64,000 nucleotides of DNA from Octopus sinensis (lineage: Eukaryota). The position numbers were made by a program, and so were the translations under genes. The notes beneath the pieces were generated by a model, which saw only the letters and a list, made by a program, of their open reading frames with translations, had not been told where the DNA came from and made no database searches. Positions 40,030 to 53,180 of the stretch are shown here, piece by piece. The DNA lies in assembly GCF_006345805.1 (NCBI RefSeq), contig NC_043009.1, positions 51,212,001-51,276,000 on the forward strand, written 5' to 3'. The first letter of the stretch is position 1. Each line of letters begins with the position of its first letter.

Positions 40030-40546
40030 TCAAGTACCACTTGAAAGGAAAGTGAGAGTAGAGAGGCAAGTTTTTTCTAGCGAATGTTTAAAAAAAGATG
40101 GGTGAATGCAGCAAGAATGGCACGTATGAATGACGAAGCCACCTTGAGCATAGTCCTATGAACCCAGAAATCGAAAACAGAGAGTGCTTATTTGCCAAAA
40201 AAAAAAAAAAAAAAAAAAGAAATACAAAATGTGACTTCATTGACCGAGGTTAACGTGGTCTTTTCCGCAGGCTTTTCTTTCCACGGGTAAACCTCACTGT
40301 CCTCCCCTTTACACTTCATATTGACATTTCTGTGATAACGATCCCTATTGATCATTTTTTTTCCTCTCCCCCCCCCTTTTTTTTTTTTTTAAACCCCCTT
40401 ATTTTTGTCCTCTTTCTCTCCTTTTACGATCCCTTTTGATCGAACCTCCCCTTCCTTTTTTTTTTTTTTTTTAATACCTTCAAAGAAAAGCTCTACCTTG
40501 TAATTTGTTCTATCTGTGTGCAGCCCTGTGTGGCTAATAAAGAAAA
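40030..40546 (+). mobile_element. Tx1-like (L1 clade) LINE 3' end inside a (TATC)/(TACC) microsatellite
   Basis: Frameshift-corrected KYHLK-RKVRVERQVFSSEC-KKRWVNAARM..LSIVL* resembles Tx1 ORF2 ends; pyrimidine-rich 3' UTR ending aataaagaaa; microsatellite on both sides. Confidence 0.6.
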
Positions 40547-40560
40547 CATATCTATCTATG

Positions 40561-40593
<33 letters not shown>

Positions 40594-40620
40594 CATCTAT
40601 CTATCTATCTACCTACCTAC

Positions 40621-40672
<52 letters not shown>

Positions 40673-41208
40673 ATATATATATATATATATATATACATAG
40701 ACAAACACGCACCCATTCAAACATACAGGTACGTATGTATGTTAGATGCCTAGCAGGATGAAGGCCAAATCCTTTGAAAGAGTGAATAAACTCAATGGAG
40801 TTAACGGCCATTCAGCAGCTGAGAGTGAGAGACCCCTGGTGTTTGTTTAGACATCTCTTTTGGAGAAGGATATTCCGAAATAACATTGCAAAACCGGAAA
40901 TCTTGCACTTGCTTACTTGCGGACAATTAGGCTTTATTGGTGAGAGTTTTAGCGTCGTTGTGCAAGACGTTATTAAGTCTAAGCTTCAGCACAGGTATTT
41001 CTGATACCTATTTTCTTTAACATCTTGGATGGTATGTATGTGTGTACGTTTGTTTGTATGTATGTATGTATGTATGTATGTATGTATGTATGTATGTATG
41101 TATGTATGTATGTGTGTATGTATGTATGTATGTATGTATGTGTGTATGTTTGTATGTATGTATGTATGTGTGTGTATGTATGTATGTATGTATGTATGTA
41201 TTTATCTA

Positions 41209-41987
41209 CATTAAATGGGAGGACCGCATCAGTGATCTTGAAATACTGGAAGGGTCTCGGTGCGAAAGTATAGAATCTCTTGAGTTAAAGCAAAGGCCCA
41301 GATGGAGTGGTCATCTGGTCAGGGTGAAGAATTCAAGGATGCCAAAACAACTCTTTTATGGAGAGTTAGCTAAAGGAGGATGATCTCCACATAAACCAAA
41401 AAAGAGGTATAAGGACTTGCTGAAGGCTTCCTTAAGAGATGCTTGCATCTCTCCTGACACATGGGAGGGCATAGCTATTGATTGTAGCAGGTGGAGAAGG
41501 ATTGTGCACGAGGGGACAGCTACTTTTGAGAAATCTCGAGTTGCGTATGAGAAAGTAAGGAGGGATGTCAGGAAGGGCATCACTGTTTTACTTCCAGATG
41601 GGAAGGGTCTTCCCATGATGCTGACATGCAGTGTCTGTGCAAGACCTTGCCTCAGTAAAGCTGGACTCAAGAGTCATCTTCGTAGTCATAAAGCGAGACA
41701 GATGAGTGACAACCTGGCCACTGGTGGTGGTGTTACACACCATACTAATCATATCTGTCAGGCATGTGGAAGAGAGTGTAATTCGGCAGGTGGACTTAAA
41801 CAACATGCATAGTTACATGAAGCCCTGTTACAACTACATCCGGCTATTACCGGTAAAGTTTTTATCTGCCAATTCTGTACAAGACATTGTAGATCTTTAG
41901 CTGGGTTAAAAAGTCACATTCGATCACAGCACAATTATAGTTATGCTTCGTGCAATGGCCATACTCGATAACGAGGGGGCAGCCATC
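41209..41987 (+). mobile_element. 5'-truncated RTE-clade LINE with three C-terminal C2H2 zinc fingers
   Basis: IKWEDRISD.EIL..RWSGHLVR...RMPKQLFYGEL..PKKRYKD.LK..WE..A.D.SRWR; three CxxC-R-C-S-AGL..H fingers; two in-frame stops; 13-bp TSD atgtatttatcta (41196-41208 and 41988-42000). Confidence 0.9.
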
Positions 41988-42990
41988 ATGTATTTATCTA
42001 AGTATGTGTGTATGTTTGTGTGCTTGTATGCATGCATGTATGCATGTATACCTAATTTTAACAAATTTACGGGATGAGAATGGGAAGTACAGTACATCTT
42101 CACAGCCAAAAAACTAACCGCAATTAGGAGGTTTGTTGTCGAGTGTACCCTGTCTGTTTGGACATCCATTATGACAAAATGAAGTGTCCCAAAATACTAG
42201 ACTGGTCTGAAGCCGTCTAGGAAACCAAGTGCTGAGTCCCATGATGCTCTTTGCTAAAAACTCACAACCAATATATTTAGTTGATTAAATATATTACGTG
42301 GAAACTATGGCTTCGTGTTTGGGGACGCTGAACAGATGATCGTAAGATTGCAGTTTCGATTCCTGGTGCGGTTTATGCTTTGTGCTCATCAGAAGAACAC
42401 TTCGTTTTACGTTGGTCCAGTCCGTTCACTTGGAGCAAAAACGAGTAAACCTGCGACGGACCGAAGCCCTGTCCTGTAGTAGAATATAAGGGCGACAGAA
42501 TAGGGGGAAATGGCGTTATGAGCCTATGACTAGGGAAGACAGTTGATTCCGAATATATCACAGGCTATATAAAATACGGTGTTAACTCGTATTGCAGATG
42601 GTACAAAATTGATCGATGAAAGCAAAAACAATTCTTGATTGGTACTTTATTAAATCGATCATAGAATGAAGAAAACGAAATTTGACAAGAGTGGAATTCG
42701 AGCGCAGATAGACTGGCGACATAACACAATTCCGCAACGTATATTGATCGACACTCCAAAAGTGATACGTGGATCAGTAATCGATAAATTCTTTTTGCTA
42801 TGACCCTCGTTTTTCTCTTAACTTTTACTTCCTTTTACTTGTTTCTTCTATTGAACTTGCAGCCGTCATAGGGCTTTGTCTATCATACATCTTATTTTGA
42901 AGTCTGGTACCTGTTCGCGTTGTCTATTTCGCTGTACGGCTACGTATATGTATACACACACACACTCACACACACACATATGCATGTATA

Positions 42991-43636
42991 CTAGCTGACG
43001 TACCCGGTATTTCCCGGGAAAGCGGGGCTTATCCGTTTGTTCCGTTCTCAAAAATGTTTCGCTAATCCAATAACAACAATACAAGGTATGTTTCCCTTAA
43101 AACAGTTTAGGAATTCACAATAAGTTATGAATACCCAAATTGTGAAGTCAGTTGTGTAATAACATGAAATTAGCTAACCGATTCAAATAAAGTAGCCCCG
43201 AAAATGGGTTTAATGCATTCCCAGAGTATATAGAACATAGGAGGAAATACTAACAAGGTATGTATACTAAAATCGCGACGCGCACATCAGATATGAGATA
43301 ATAACAATTCAAAGTAAATAACTCTGAAAAGAGCCTTTGTGCGTTCCCAGAGAATATTACCCTCAATGGCGCTAGTGTTGAAATATTCGTGAATAAGTTT
43401 CTAACCGAAATAAGTGGGTCTATTGTTTAGGAAAATACTATTTACTTGTTTAAGGTTTGTACTGGATAAATTTTGAAAATAACTCTAACAGTTCAAATAC
43501 TAAGATATAAGCATTCTCAATTTCTTTTTTACCAAATAATTGAGGAATCTGAATGGGTTATTTCCCTTGGTTATATATAAGGATCTATTCCAAGTGCGAA
43601 TGGGTTATTTCCGTTGGCGTTTAGAATAAGATAAGA
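42991..43636 (-). mobile_element. Non-autonomous Helitron
   Basis: Minus-strand 3' end cccgggaaataccggg-tacgtcagCTAG|t; 5' end a|TCttatcttattct. A further Helitron-like 5' piece lies at ~43690-43865. Confidence 0.75.
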
Positions 43637-43644
43637 TATATTAT

Positions 43645-43689
<45 letters not shown>

Positions 43690-44294
43690 ATCTTTCCAGG
43701 GACCCTATTATCAATTTTTTCAACACTCTGAGTATGCCATGAGGTTTTCAGACATCAGTTCTACTCACGTGTCAAGTTTCATCAAAGTCGATAAAGTAAT
43801 GTAGGAGGAGTTAGCTAACAACTCCACAAACACACCCACAGACAGAATTTACCACACATGTAGTATATGTGTGTGTTGCACGGGCATGACTGCGTGGTAG
43901 GAAGCTTACCAGTCCCACTGTAAACATGTATGCATGTTTTGCTCACACGCTTATGCATATACATACATACACAACACACACGCAGACACACACACATTTT
44001 ATGTATGTCTAATCGTGTGTTTGTAAATATATGTATGCATATATGAGGTTGTTCCATCAGTTTTTCAATCTCCGGTGAGGTATTTCTCATTTATCTTGTT
44101 TCTATTTCTTCTACGTAGTTTTACATATATTATACCTTGATAATGTGTTGATTGAGATCCCTGTTGACAGGCTCCTGATATTAAATAAATTGTTAACACT
44201 TACGTTATGCGCTTTAATAGCTCCAGTACTCTAGATTTGTGGAGTATATAAACGGATAGTCTCTTTATTCCTTTAGGTTTTGTGGATTGATGTA

Positions 44295-44344
44295 GACGAC
44301 CCTGATGAGAATCCAATATGGTTCGAAAACTGATTAAGGCCGTT
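44295..44344 (+). ncRNA. Hammerhead motif with canonical core
   Basis: gacgacc-CTGATGA-GAATC caatat GGTTC-GAAA actgat TA-a-ggccgtt; 5-bp stem II and imperfect stem I. Confidence 0.65.
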
Positions 44345-45137
44345 CATTATTTTTTCCAATCTACAGAATAACAGAATAATATTTGAAATTTGCTATGCAT
44401 GCATATGTACTGCGTAGATGTTCACACTCACACGCACATACATTACACAAGTCTCTTAACAGTTTCTGTGTGTTAAATTCACTGACAAGGCATTGGTTGG
44501 CCTGAGACTATAGACGTTGCCAAGGAAACGTCTTAACCACATCGCCATGCCTGTGCTTTATACCTGATTATTATAGTTTAACATTTACACGTGACGCACA
44601 GATCATATGATAACATTTAAAAATCAACAGGTATTTTCTGGCATTTTCTTCATTGTCAATGATTACGTAATTACATTTTTAAAATATTGTGTCACAAAAG
44701 ACCAGCTAAAAGAAAACCAATTACCCAATGGCTCCAAAATAAACTGTGTTTCAAAACATTTCTTAGATATCATACAGAACACGTACATCAATGGGAAGTT
44801 GTGGGCTACGATCCCCCTATTGTCACGCTCTGACGTTATTGCTCCTTTGTTGCTTGTACTGCTAACTGGTTCTGTAGTAGAAATACTTCAACGTTACCAT
44901 GATGCCCTCAATAGGTTCACTCACCGTTGCTGCTGGATTCCTACATACACACACGCGCGCGCGCACATTCACACAGAGTAATATACATACATGCACGCAT
45001 AAATACACACATAGAATATTTGGGTATGAGCTACTTTGTCGGGGAAAGACAATAATTCGGTTGATATATATATATATATATGTCTAAATATTTGGAATGT
45101 TTTGGAAATTCCTTGATACAGTTATAATATTTAGAGT

Positions 45138-45415
45138 GAAGACTTTTTCGGAAGGATTTGAGATTGAGAAAAGAACCTTTTTAAAAAGAAGAAAGCTACT
45201 AACATTTGGGAAGAGAATTCACAAAATCTGTGTGGGCTTTGCTTTCATAGATATGCAAATACTTTCAGTTCTTAACGTTAAGAACTGAAAGCGCTTGCAC
45301 ATCTATAAAAGCAAAAGCCACACATATTTTGTGAATTCTCTTCCCAAAGGTTTAGTGCCTTTCGACTTTCTAAAAAGGTTCTTTTCTCAATCTTAACTCT
45401 TGAGAAAAAATCTTC
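45138..45415. repeat. 278-bp spacer-less imperfect palindrome with a 30-bp perfect core
   Basis: ctttcagttcttaac|gttaagaactgaaag (45262-45291); the arms remain alignable to the ends. Confidence 0.9.
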
Positions 45416-45419
45416 TCCC

Positions 45420-45469
<50 letters not shown>

Positions 45470-45949
45470 ATGTTGTATGAAGCATGTATCTCAACTATGT
45501 GCTTCCGGATTTAGTCCCACTGCGTGACACCTTGAGCAAATTCCGTTTACCAAATACACTCACAGGACTTTGGTCAGCTCGAGGCTATAGTAGAAGACAC
45601 TTGTGCAAGGTGCCACGCGGTGGTGCTGGATCTGAGTCCGTGTGATTGGGAAGCAACCATCTTACTATACAGCCACACCTGCGCCTATATTTATCAGTAT
45701 ATATCTGTGCTTGTCTTTGTGTTTCTGATTGCCTCCTGCCATCACCGCTTGACGACCATTCTTGGTGCGTTTCTACTCCCATAAGCTAGCGATTCAGCAA
45801 AAGAGCACCATAGAATAAGAACTAGGCTTTAAATATATATCCTGGGGTCAATTTGTTTGATAAAAATCCTTCAAAGGGGTGGGTGCTCCAGCATGGCCGC
45901 AGTCAAATGGCAGAAACAAGTAAAAGAATAAAAGACTATTTCTAAATAT

Positions 45950-45991
<42 letters not shown>

Positions 45992-46009
45992 ATATAATAT
46001 ATATATCGT

Positions 46010-46640
46010 GCTTTGTGTATCCAAGTAATACTTCGTGGTTGGTCGTATTTATGAAGCAGGGCTCTGGTTTTTGGAGTAAAGCACACACCACATTCAATTA
46101 AATAGATAATCATTGAGAATTCTACACCGTATTTAAGTGGATCAATAGAAATGCAAAGAACGTGTTCCTGAAAGAACGCATATTCTTGCTATATGCAAGG
46201 ATTTCATCACACTACTTAATTCCTCTTCGGAAATTCTTAACAAATGGAAGCACATGGGCAAATTTTCTTTGTCGAACAAGTGGGCGCAACCCTCTCCAGA
46301 TTGAGCAGGTGTCTTACGGATTTGACCTCCTCTTCGTTGAATTATTCTACATCAGCTAGATTAATAAAGATTTCGAGGGTCAAAGAGGTCGCAACTCTTA
46401 AATTTCTGTTTCGTCTTCTTTTCTTTTTTTTTTGTCTGTTTTTATTCACCTTTTCTCGTTTTTCTTCTCGTGTATTCTCCTAGCCCAGCGTCCTCGTTTT
46501 CAAATAACACCACCTACGTATATTTTAGCCTGAAGGGTTGCTTGAAGACACACGCATATTTATATATATATATAAATTTCCTCTATTTACATAATATTGA
46601 GGTCTCTTCTTTCTTTTATCTCACCGTTTTTTACAAATTA
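46010..46640 (+). mobile_element. Penelope-like element C-terminal fragment plus 3' region, inside (TA)n
   Basis: SIK*IIIENSTPYLSGS..LKERIFLL..LLNSSSEILNKWKHMGKFSL resembles IxWxIL..Y..CxLCLxEK..LLNxRxE..KCRH..KFxL. Confidence 0.65.
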
Positions 46641-46738
46641 TATATATATATATATATTATATATATATATATATATTATATATATATATATATATATAAT
46701 ATATATATATACATATATATATATATACAATATATATA

Positions 46739-46769
<31 letters not shown>

Positions 46770-46780
46770 ATATATATATA

Positions 46781-46820
<40 letters not shown>

Positions 46821-47274
46821 CATATACTATATATGTGTGTGTGTGTGTGTGTAGATATATGTAAATGTAAATATATGTGTATATGTATGTATATATATAT
46901 ATATATATACTTACACACACACATACACACACACATATCTGGTTTTCATGTATGTGTATGTGCGCATGTACGTTTATATGTAGAGAAATTATGATTCAAG
47001 GGCTTGTTGTTGAGTCACTGTTTGTGATATAAGGCTTCAAATACGAATATTTTAAACGCTAACGTCTTTATTAGTTTCTTGTTATGATGTGGACTTCTTT
47101 GTTTATATGAAGCCCAACCGCTGTTTCACTTGAATCAAAATATGGAATCAGCACGCCAGGGGGCGTTATATGCATGCATCCATCCATCCATCCATCCATC
47201 CATCCATCCATACATACATACATACATACATACATACGTATATGCATACGTTAATATATATACATACGTACATG

Positions 47275-47310
<36 letters not shown>

Positions 47311-47758
47311 CTCTCTCTCTCTCTCAAACACACGGGCGCAAGCACACACACACGAACGTACACACACGTATGCACAGACACGCATGCGTGTATATGTATG
47401 CATATGCGTACAAAGTTACATACAGCGTATATTTATGCGCATACACATTCGAGTAATGTTTCTAATAAACTATCAATTTAAATTTGTCCAAATAAAGAAA
47501 AGTGTGTCTGTGTCTTACATACACTTATAGTTACACATATACATACATACGTATACACATGCAGCCATATACACACGCACATATATATATATTTACGACT
47601 AAAATGAGGCATACGTACAGAAACATACATGTGAGTATTTATATATACACTCACACATATACAGTTATGTTGCTTGAGATTGCGTATCAATATATGTATG
47701 TCAACACTGCGATTTTTTTTTTGCAAAAAGCAAATTTTGTATGGTTAAGTCTCTTACA

Positions 47759-47760
<2 letters not shown>

Positions 47761-47851
<91 letters not shown>

Positions 47852-47856
47852 TAATA

Positions 47857-47898
<42 letters not shown>

Positions 47899-47930
47899 TG
47901 ATGATGATAATAATAATAATAATAATAAGA

Positions 47931-47961
<31 letters not shown>

Positions 47962-48004
47962 AATAATAATAATAATAATGATGATGATAATAATAATAAT
48001 AATG

Positions 48005-48050
<46 letters not shown>
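47761..48050. repeat. (AAT)n microsatellite
   Basis: Direct reading. Confidence 0.95.
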
Positions 48051-48053
<3 letters not shown>

Positions 48054-48135
48054 TGTATGTAAACAATCAATTACATCTGTAATATTATTGTATTAAGGTT
48101 TCTGTTTATTAAAAAAATATTTTCGTTCTCTATCG

Positions 48136-48204
<69 letters not shown>

Positions 48205-48315
48205 ATATTATATATATATATATTATATATATATATATATATACATACATACATACTTACACACACACACACATATATATATATGTATGTATGTGTGTGT
48301 GTATGTGACTATGAA

Positions 48316-48358
<43 letters not shown>

Positions 48359-48854
48359 TCACACACACACATGCATATAGGTATATGGTGTATTGTTTAT
48401 GTTTATGGAGGAAGGCCGAGGAGGAAAAAAAATAGAAGAGTGAAAGGGAAGGGAGATGATCTTAAAATTAAATTTGTGTTGGAATGCAGTAAATAACAAT
48501 ATTTCATCCGTTTCCAAAAATAAAAAAAAAATGAAAAATATTGTTATTTATGTTTTTGTCGCTGAGACTAAAGTCGAGTAGAAAGCATTTATCAATTTGG
48601 TTGTTAGGTAGAAATAATATTACAATCACTGCTTAACTGGTTTCGTGTGTGTGTGTCTGTATGATTGTGTGTGTGTCTGTATGATGTGTGTGTGTGTGTG
48701 TGTGTGGTGTGTGTGTGTGCGCCTTTTATTTTTTCCCTTCCTGTTTATATGAAGGATATTTAAAAAAATATATTTGATCATACACAAACATACGCACATA
48801 TACAAATATAATTAATATTATTGGTATACACACACACACAAAGCCATAAGTATA

Positions 48855-48898
<44 letters not shown>

Positions 48899-50039
48899 GA
48901 TATATATACTTATAAATATGCATACAAACACACAATACACATACATACATTCATATATATATATAACATATGCATACATATACATACACACACATATATA
49001 TATATACATAACACACGCACACACACACACACATATATATATATAAATATATACAAACATACATATGTATACATGTATATCAATATTTATTTTTAGTTTT
49101 CTGTTTCTCTAAACATTGCTACTAGTAGTAATATGTTATTATTATTACTAAAGATATATATATTATATAAATATATTATGTAAAAAATATTTTTAAAATG
49201 TAGTTATTATTGGTTTGAAGTTCAAGCTTATTTTATATGTTGGTATGTTAGTTTTATTTAAAATAAATGTTTATAACTTTATATATTTGTTTAATTTAAT
49301 TTATATCTATTGTTTATAATCGTTTTGTATTAGATTGGAAAAAAATAAGACATTTATTATACATTAAATAATCATTGAAAGAGCGGAAATAGTCAAGCGC
49401 CCATCTGAAATGTATTTCATGTATTAAGTTTCCTTCTTCATCATGTTCTGAGTTCGAAAGTTGCTGTGTTCGATCTTGTTTCCTTCATCATATCATGGCA
49501 CCATTTAATCAATTTCAGTAAATCGATTTAAACAAGTTCGTTTATTCTTATATCATAACGTGGAATTCAGTATTTGGGGACAGCTTCAATCTTAGCAAAG
49601 CTTGGGCCGCTTCCCAAAGACAAGTCCTCCCCTTTATGTAGAACCCTGAAGATAATTCAGTCCCCAACAGCGGCTAATTCATTACTGTTCTTGAACTTTT
49701 TTTCATCTCTTATTTGTTATCTTTCGTCTTTCACTTCTTTCAGTCATTACACTGCGGCCATGCTGGGGCATTGCCCTGAAGAAATTTTAATTTGAATGAA
49801 TCGATCCCCCGTGATTATTTTATTGTTAAGTTTGCTACTTATTTTATCGTTTCTTTTGCCGAATCGCTAAGTTACAGGAAAGTAAACACAACAACACTAG
49901 TTGTTAAGCAGTGGTGGGGCAAACCGGAGACACGAACACGCACGCACACACACACACACATACACACACACACACACATGGCGGTGCCCCAGCATCAGCA
50001 CTGCCTTAGGGCAGAAAGACTATATATATATATATAAAA

Positions 50040-50077
<38 letters not shown>

Positions 50078-50162
50078 TTACAATTGAGGATAAAATCTTT
50101 ATAAGAAATTATCAGTAGTTAGCGTGAAAAACCTCGTAAAACCACTTTGAAAATATTTATTT

Positions 50163-50402
50163 ATATTATATTGAGGGTACTACTATTCATAGATACCGCA
50201 CGCTAAGAGGGACCAATGCGGTCAAAACTACTAAAATAAACAAAATTTTACCGAATGCAAAACTTTAAAGCAATTCTTTTTTTTAAATGACTTGCTTTGA
50301 AGTTTTGCATTCGGTAAAATTTTGTTTATTTTAGTAGTTTTGACCGCATTGGTCCCTCTTAGGGTGCGGTATCTATGAATAATAGTACCCTCAATATAAT
50401 AT
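50163..50402. repeat. Inverted repeat with 111-bp arms, about 3 mismatches and an 18-bp spacer
   Basis: Arms 50163-50273 and 50292-50402; the left arm continues ~80 bp to (TA)n, the right arm ends in (TA)n. Confidence 0.9.
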
Positions 50403-51057
50403 ATATATATATATACAGTGAGCGTGCCATACTGAGGGACTGAGCCTAGATTCATGTGGCTGAAAAGTAAGCTTCTTACCACACAGCCACGCCTGTGCCA
50501 ATGAAAGCCTCAATGGAATGATGTGCCCTCATCTGTGTTGGTGATGTTTCATACGCGGGCATCTCTGCTGCTTGACGTGAAATCACTATCAGACAGACCA
50601 TAGCCTTTAGTCAGTATGTATAATATTTCGACAGTGTGTCTGTTCTGTCTTTTGACCCCTGCTCTTGGAGTTGGCTGGTATCTTGCCTATAGCATTCAAA
50701 TATACCATGACGCAATAGTTTTTCCACCACATCTCAAATGTGTTGTATCCAACAGAGATGAATCTACACTCACCACTATACCAAATCCCTTATTCCCAGT
50801 CATTGGCTCGCTGGAACCGTTTTTATGCTTACATATTTCCTACAGGTGTTGATTTGCGGCAGTTTAAAATGGACATTAACGCTACCGATCTCAAAAGCCT
50901 AGAACAGTCGTGGACACTACTCCGTCCTCCAGGATCGACAAGTGAGAAGAAAATATAGAAATGCATAGACGGTGACCTGACGTTTTTCCTGATGGCTTCA
51001 CCACAACCAATAAAATATCGATTTACTATAATCCTTCATATCCCAATATTTTAAAAA

Positions 51058-51378
51058 GACTCCGCCGGTTACGACGACGAGGGTCCCAGCTGATACGATC
51101 AACGGAACAGCTTGCTCGTGAAATTAACGTGCAAATGGCTGAGCATTCCACAGACACGTGTACCCTTAACGTAGTTCTCGGGGATAATCAGCGTGACACA
51201 GAGAGTGACAAGGCTGACCCTTTGAAATACAAGTACAACTCATTTTTGCCAGCTGAGTGGACTGGAGCAACGTGAAATAAAGTGTCTTGCTCAAGGACAC
51301 AACGCGTCGCCGGGAATCGAACTCACAACCTTACGATCATGAGCCGAATGCTCTAACCACTAAGCCACGCGCCCTCAC
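51058..51378 (-). mobile_element. SINE type C, full length
   Basis: tRNA head with A and B boxes (tggcttagtgg, gagttcgattccc); 11-bp TSD tatcccaatat (51039-51049 and 51380-51390). Confidence 0.9.
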
Positions 51379-51906
51379 TTATCCCAATATGCTTCAGGCC
51401 ATTTTACTTATATATTCCAACTCTACGAACCTTATTAAATTGCTTTGAGAAATTAGAAATCAAAAACTCAGTTACAGTTCAAACAACTTCAGCTTATTGT
51501 CAATATTATATGTGCACTACTTTAGGTATTTGGATCTTTTCATCAAATTAAATACACGCATCCACACGCACACACACGCACACACACACATATAAACAAA
51601 CTCACACACACAGAACTCACAAACACACAACACATGTAGACATACGCACGTATCTCTATACACATGAGCTAAACGGGAGTCAATATATTTTTTCTTTCAA
51701 ATATATATGTGCGACTGTGTGTGTGTGTCTGTGTGACCCACTTTGCAACAAATTTAATCACGAACTAAATTATATGCAATTTTATGAAACATTTTAATTA
51801 ATACCATATGTGATTAGAAAATACTTAAAAATCATACTTCCGATTCAATAAACAGCATGACATGCAAATAGTTTCGCTTTTGAATTTTAATATATATATA
51901 TATATA

Positions 51907-51972
<66 letters not shown>

Positions 51973-52334
51973 ACTATATATGAACATATATATTCACTAA
52001 CTCATTAACTCACAGAAGTGTACAAGTGTATATGCATATTCATCAATCAATCTAGCTATCTACATATATATATATATAATATATATATTATATATATATA
52101 TATACATATATATATAATATATATATATATATATGTATATATATATGCATGTATATATGTATATATATATCAAACATATATAATACACGCATACACAGAC
52201 ACACACACTTATGTATATATGCGCATATATGTATTTGTGTATATATAGAGATAGACAGACAGACATACAAACACATAGAGAAACAGATACATATATATAT
52301 CAAAATGGATAAAAGCAAATTCTAAGGCAAAATT

Positions 52335-52408
<74 letters not shown>

Positions 52409-52733
52409 TATATATATATTGTTTCTCTGAACATCCATCCCTTCATTCTTTATCGAGTGAGAAAACGATTTAGACGTTTTGTTTTGGTGTCTTGCAATGC
52501 CATTTACGCCTATGAGGAGTTACTTTCCCTATGAAACTCGGTTTTTTCCCAAACTTTGTCTCAAACCTGCTATAATGTGATACATGTCATTGGTGTTGTA
52601 ATTGTACGCGGCTGAAGAAGGCTTTTGACCTACCTGTTATATCAATTATGCATTGATATAAGTTGTTCAATAAAGCCCGAAACATATGTAGCGCAGAATC
52701 CTTTGCGTCCTGTTTTTCTTTTGATACACACAC

Positions 52734-52768
<35 letters not shown>

Positions 52769-52935
52769 TAGATAGATAGAGAGATAGAGAGAGAGAGAGA
52801 TAGAGTGAATGTGAGAGAAAGAGAGAAGGAGATGTGTATGGGTTGCGTGTGTGCATTGTAACTAGATCCAAGTTCACATCGTCTTTTCATTTAAGTCATG
52901 CCGAAAATTTTTCACTGAGATTGTTGTACATATAA

Positions 52936-52979
52936 CTAGTATAAAGATTTGGCTGTGACCTGAGTCTGCGAGACTCGGG
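52936..52979 (-). mobile_element. Helitron-like 3' terminus adjoining the satellite block
   Basis: Hairpin cctgagtct-gcg-agactcggg (52959-52979), then 19 nt and CTAG|T on the minus strand. Confidence 0.5.
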
Positions 52980-53173
52980 AATGTCTGGAATGTCTGGAAT
53001 GACTGAAATATCAGGAATGTTTGGAATGTCTGGAATGTCACTAATGTCAGAAATGTCTGGAATGTCCGGAATGTCAGAAATGTCAGGAATGTCAGGAGTG
53101 TCTGGAATGTCAAGACATTCCTGACATTCCAGACATTCCTGACGTTTCTGACATTCCGGACATTCCAGGCATT
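52978..53173. repeat. 9-bp tandem repeat (ggaatgtct) that flips orientation at 53112-53113, forming a 60-bp-arm hairpin
   Basis: 53052-53111 vs the reverse complement of 53114-53173: about 5 mismatches. Confidence 0.9.
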
Positions 53174-53180
53174 AATGATA

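Noticed and set aside
41417-41940. Host C2H2 zinc-finger gene
   Set aside because: Continuous with the RTE C-terminal domain, contains stops, lacks TGEKP linkers and is bounded by a TSD.
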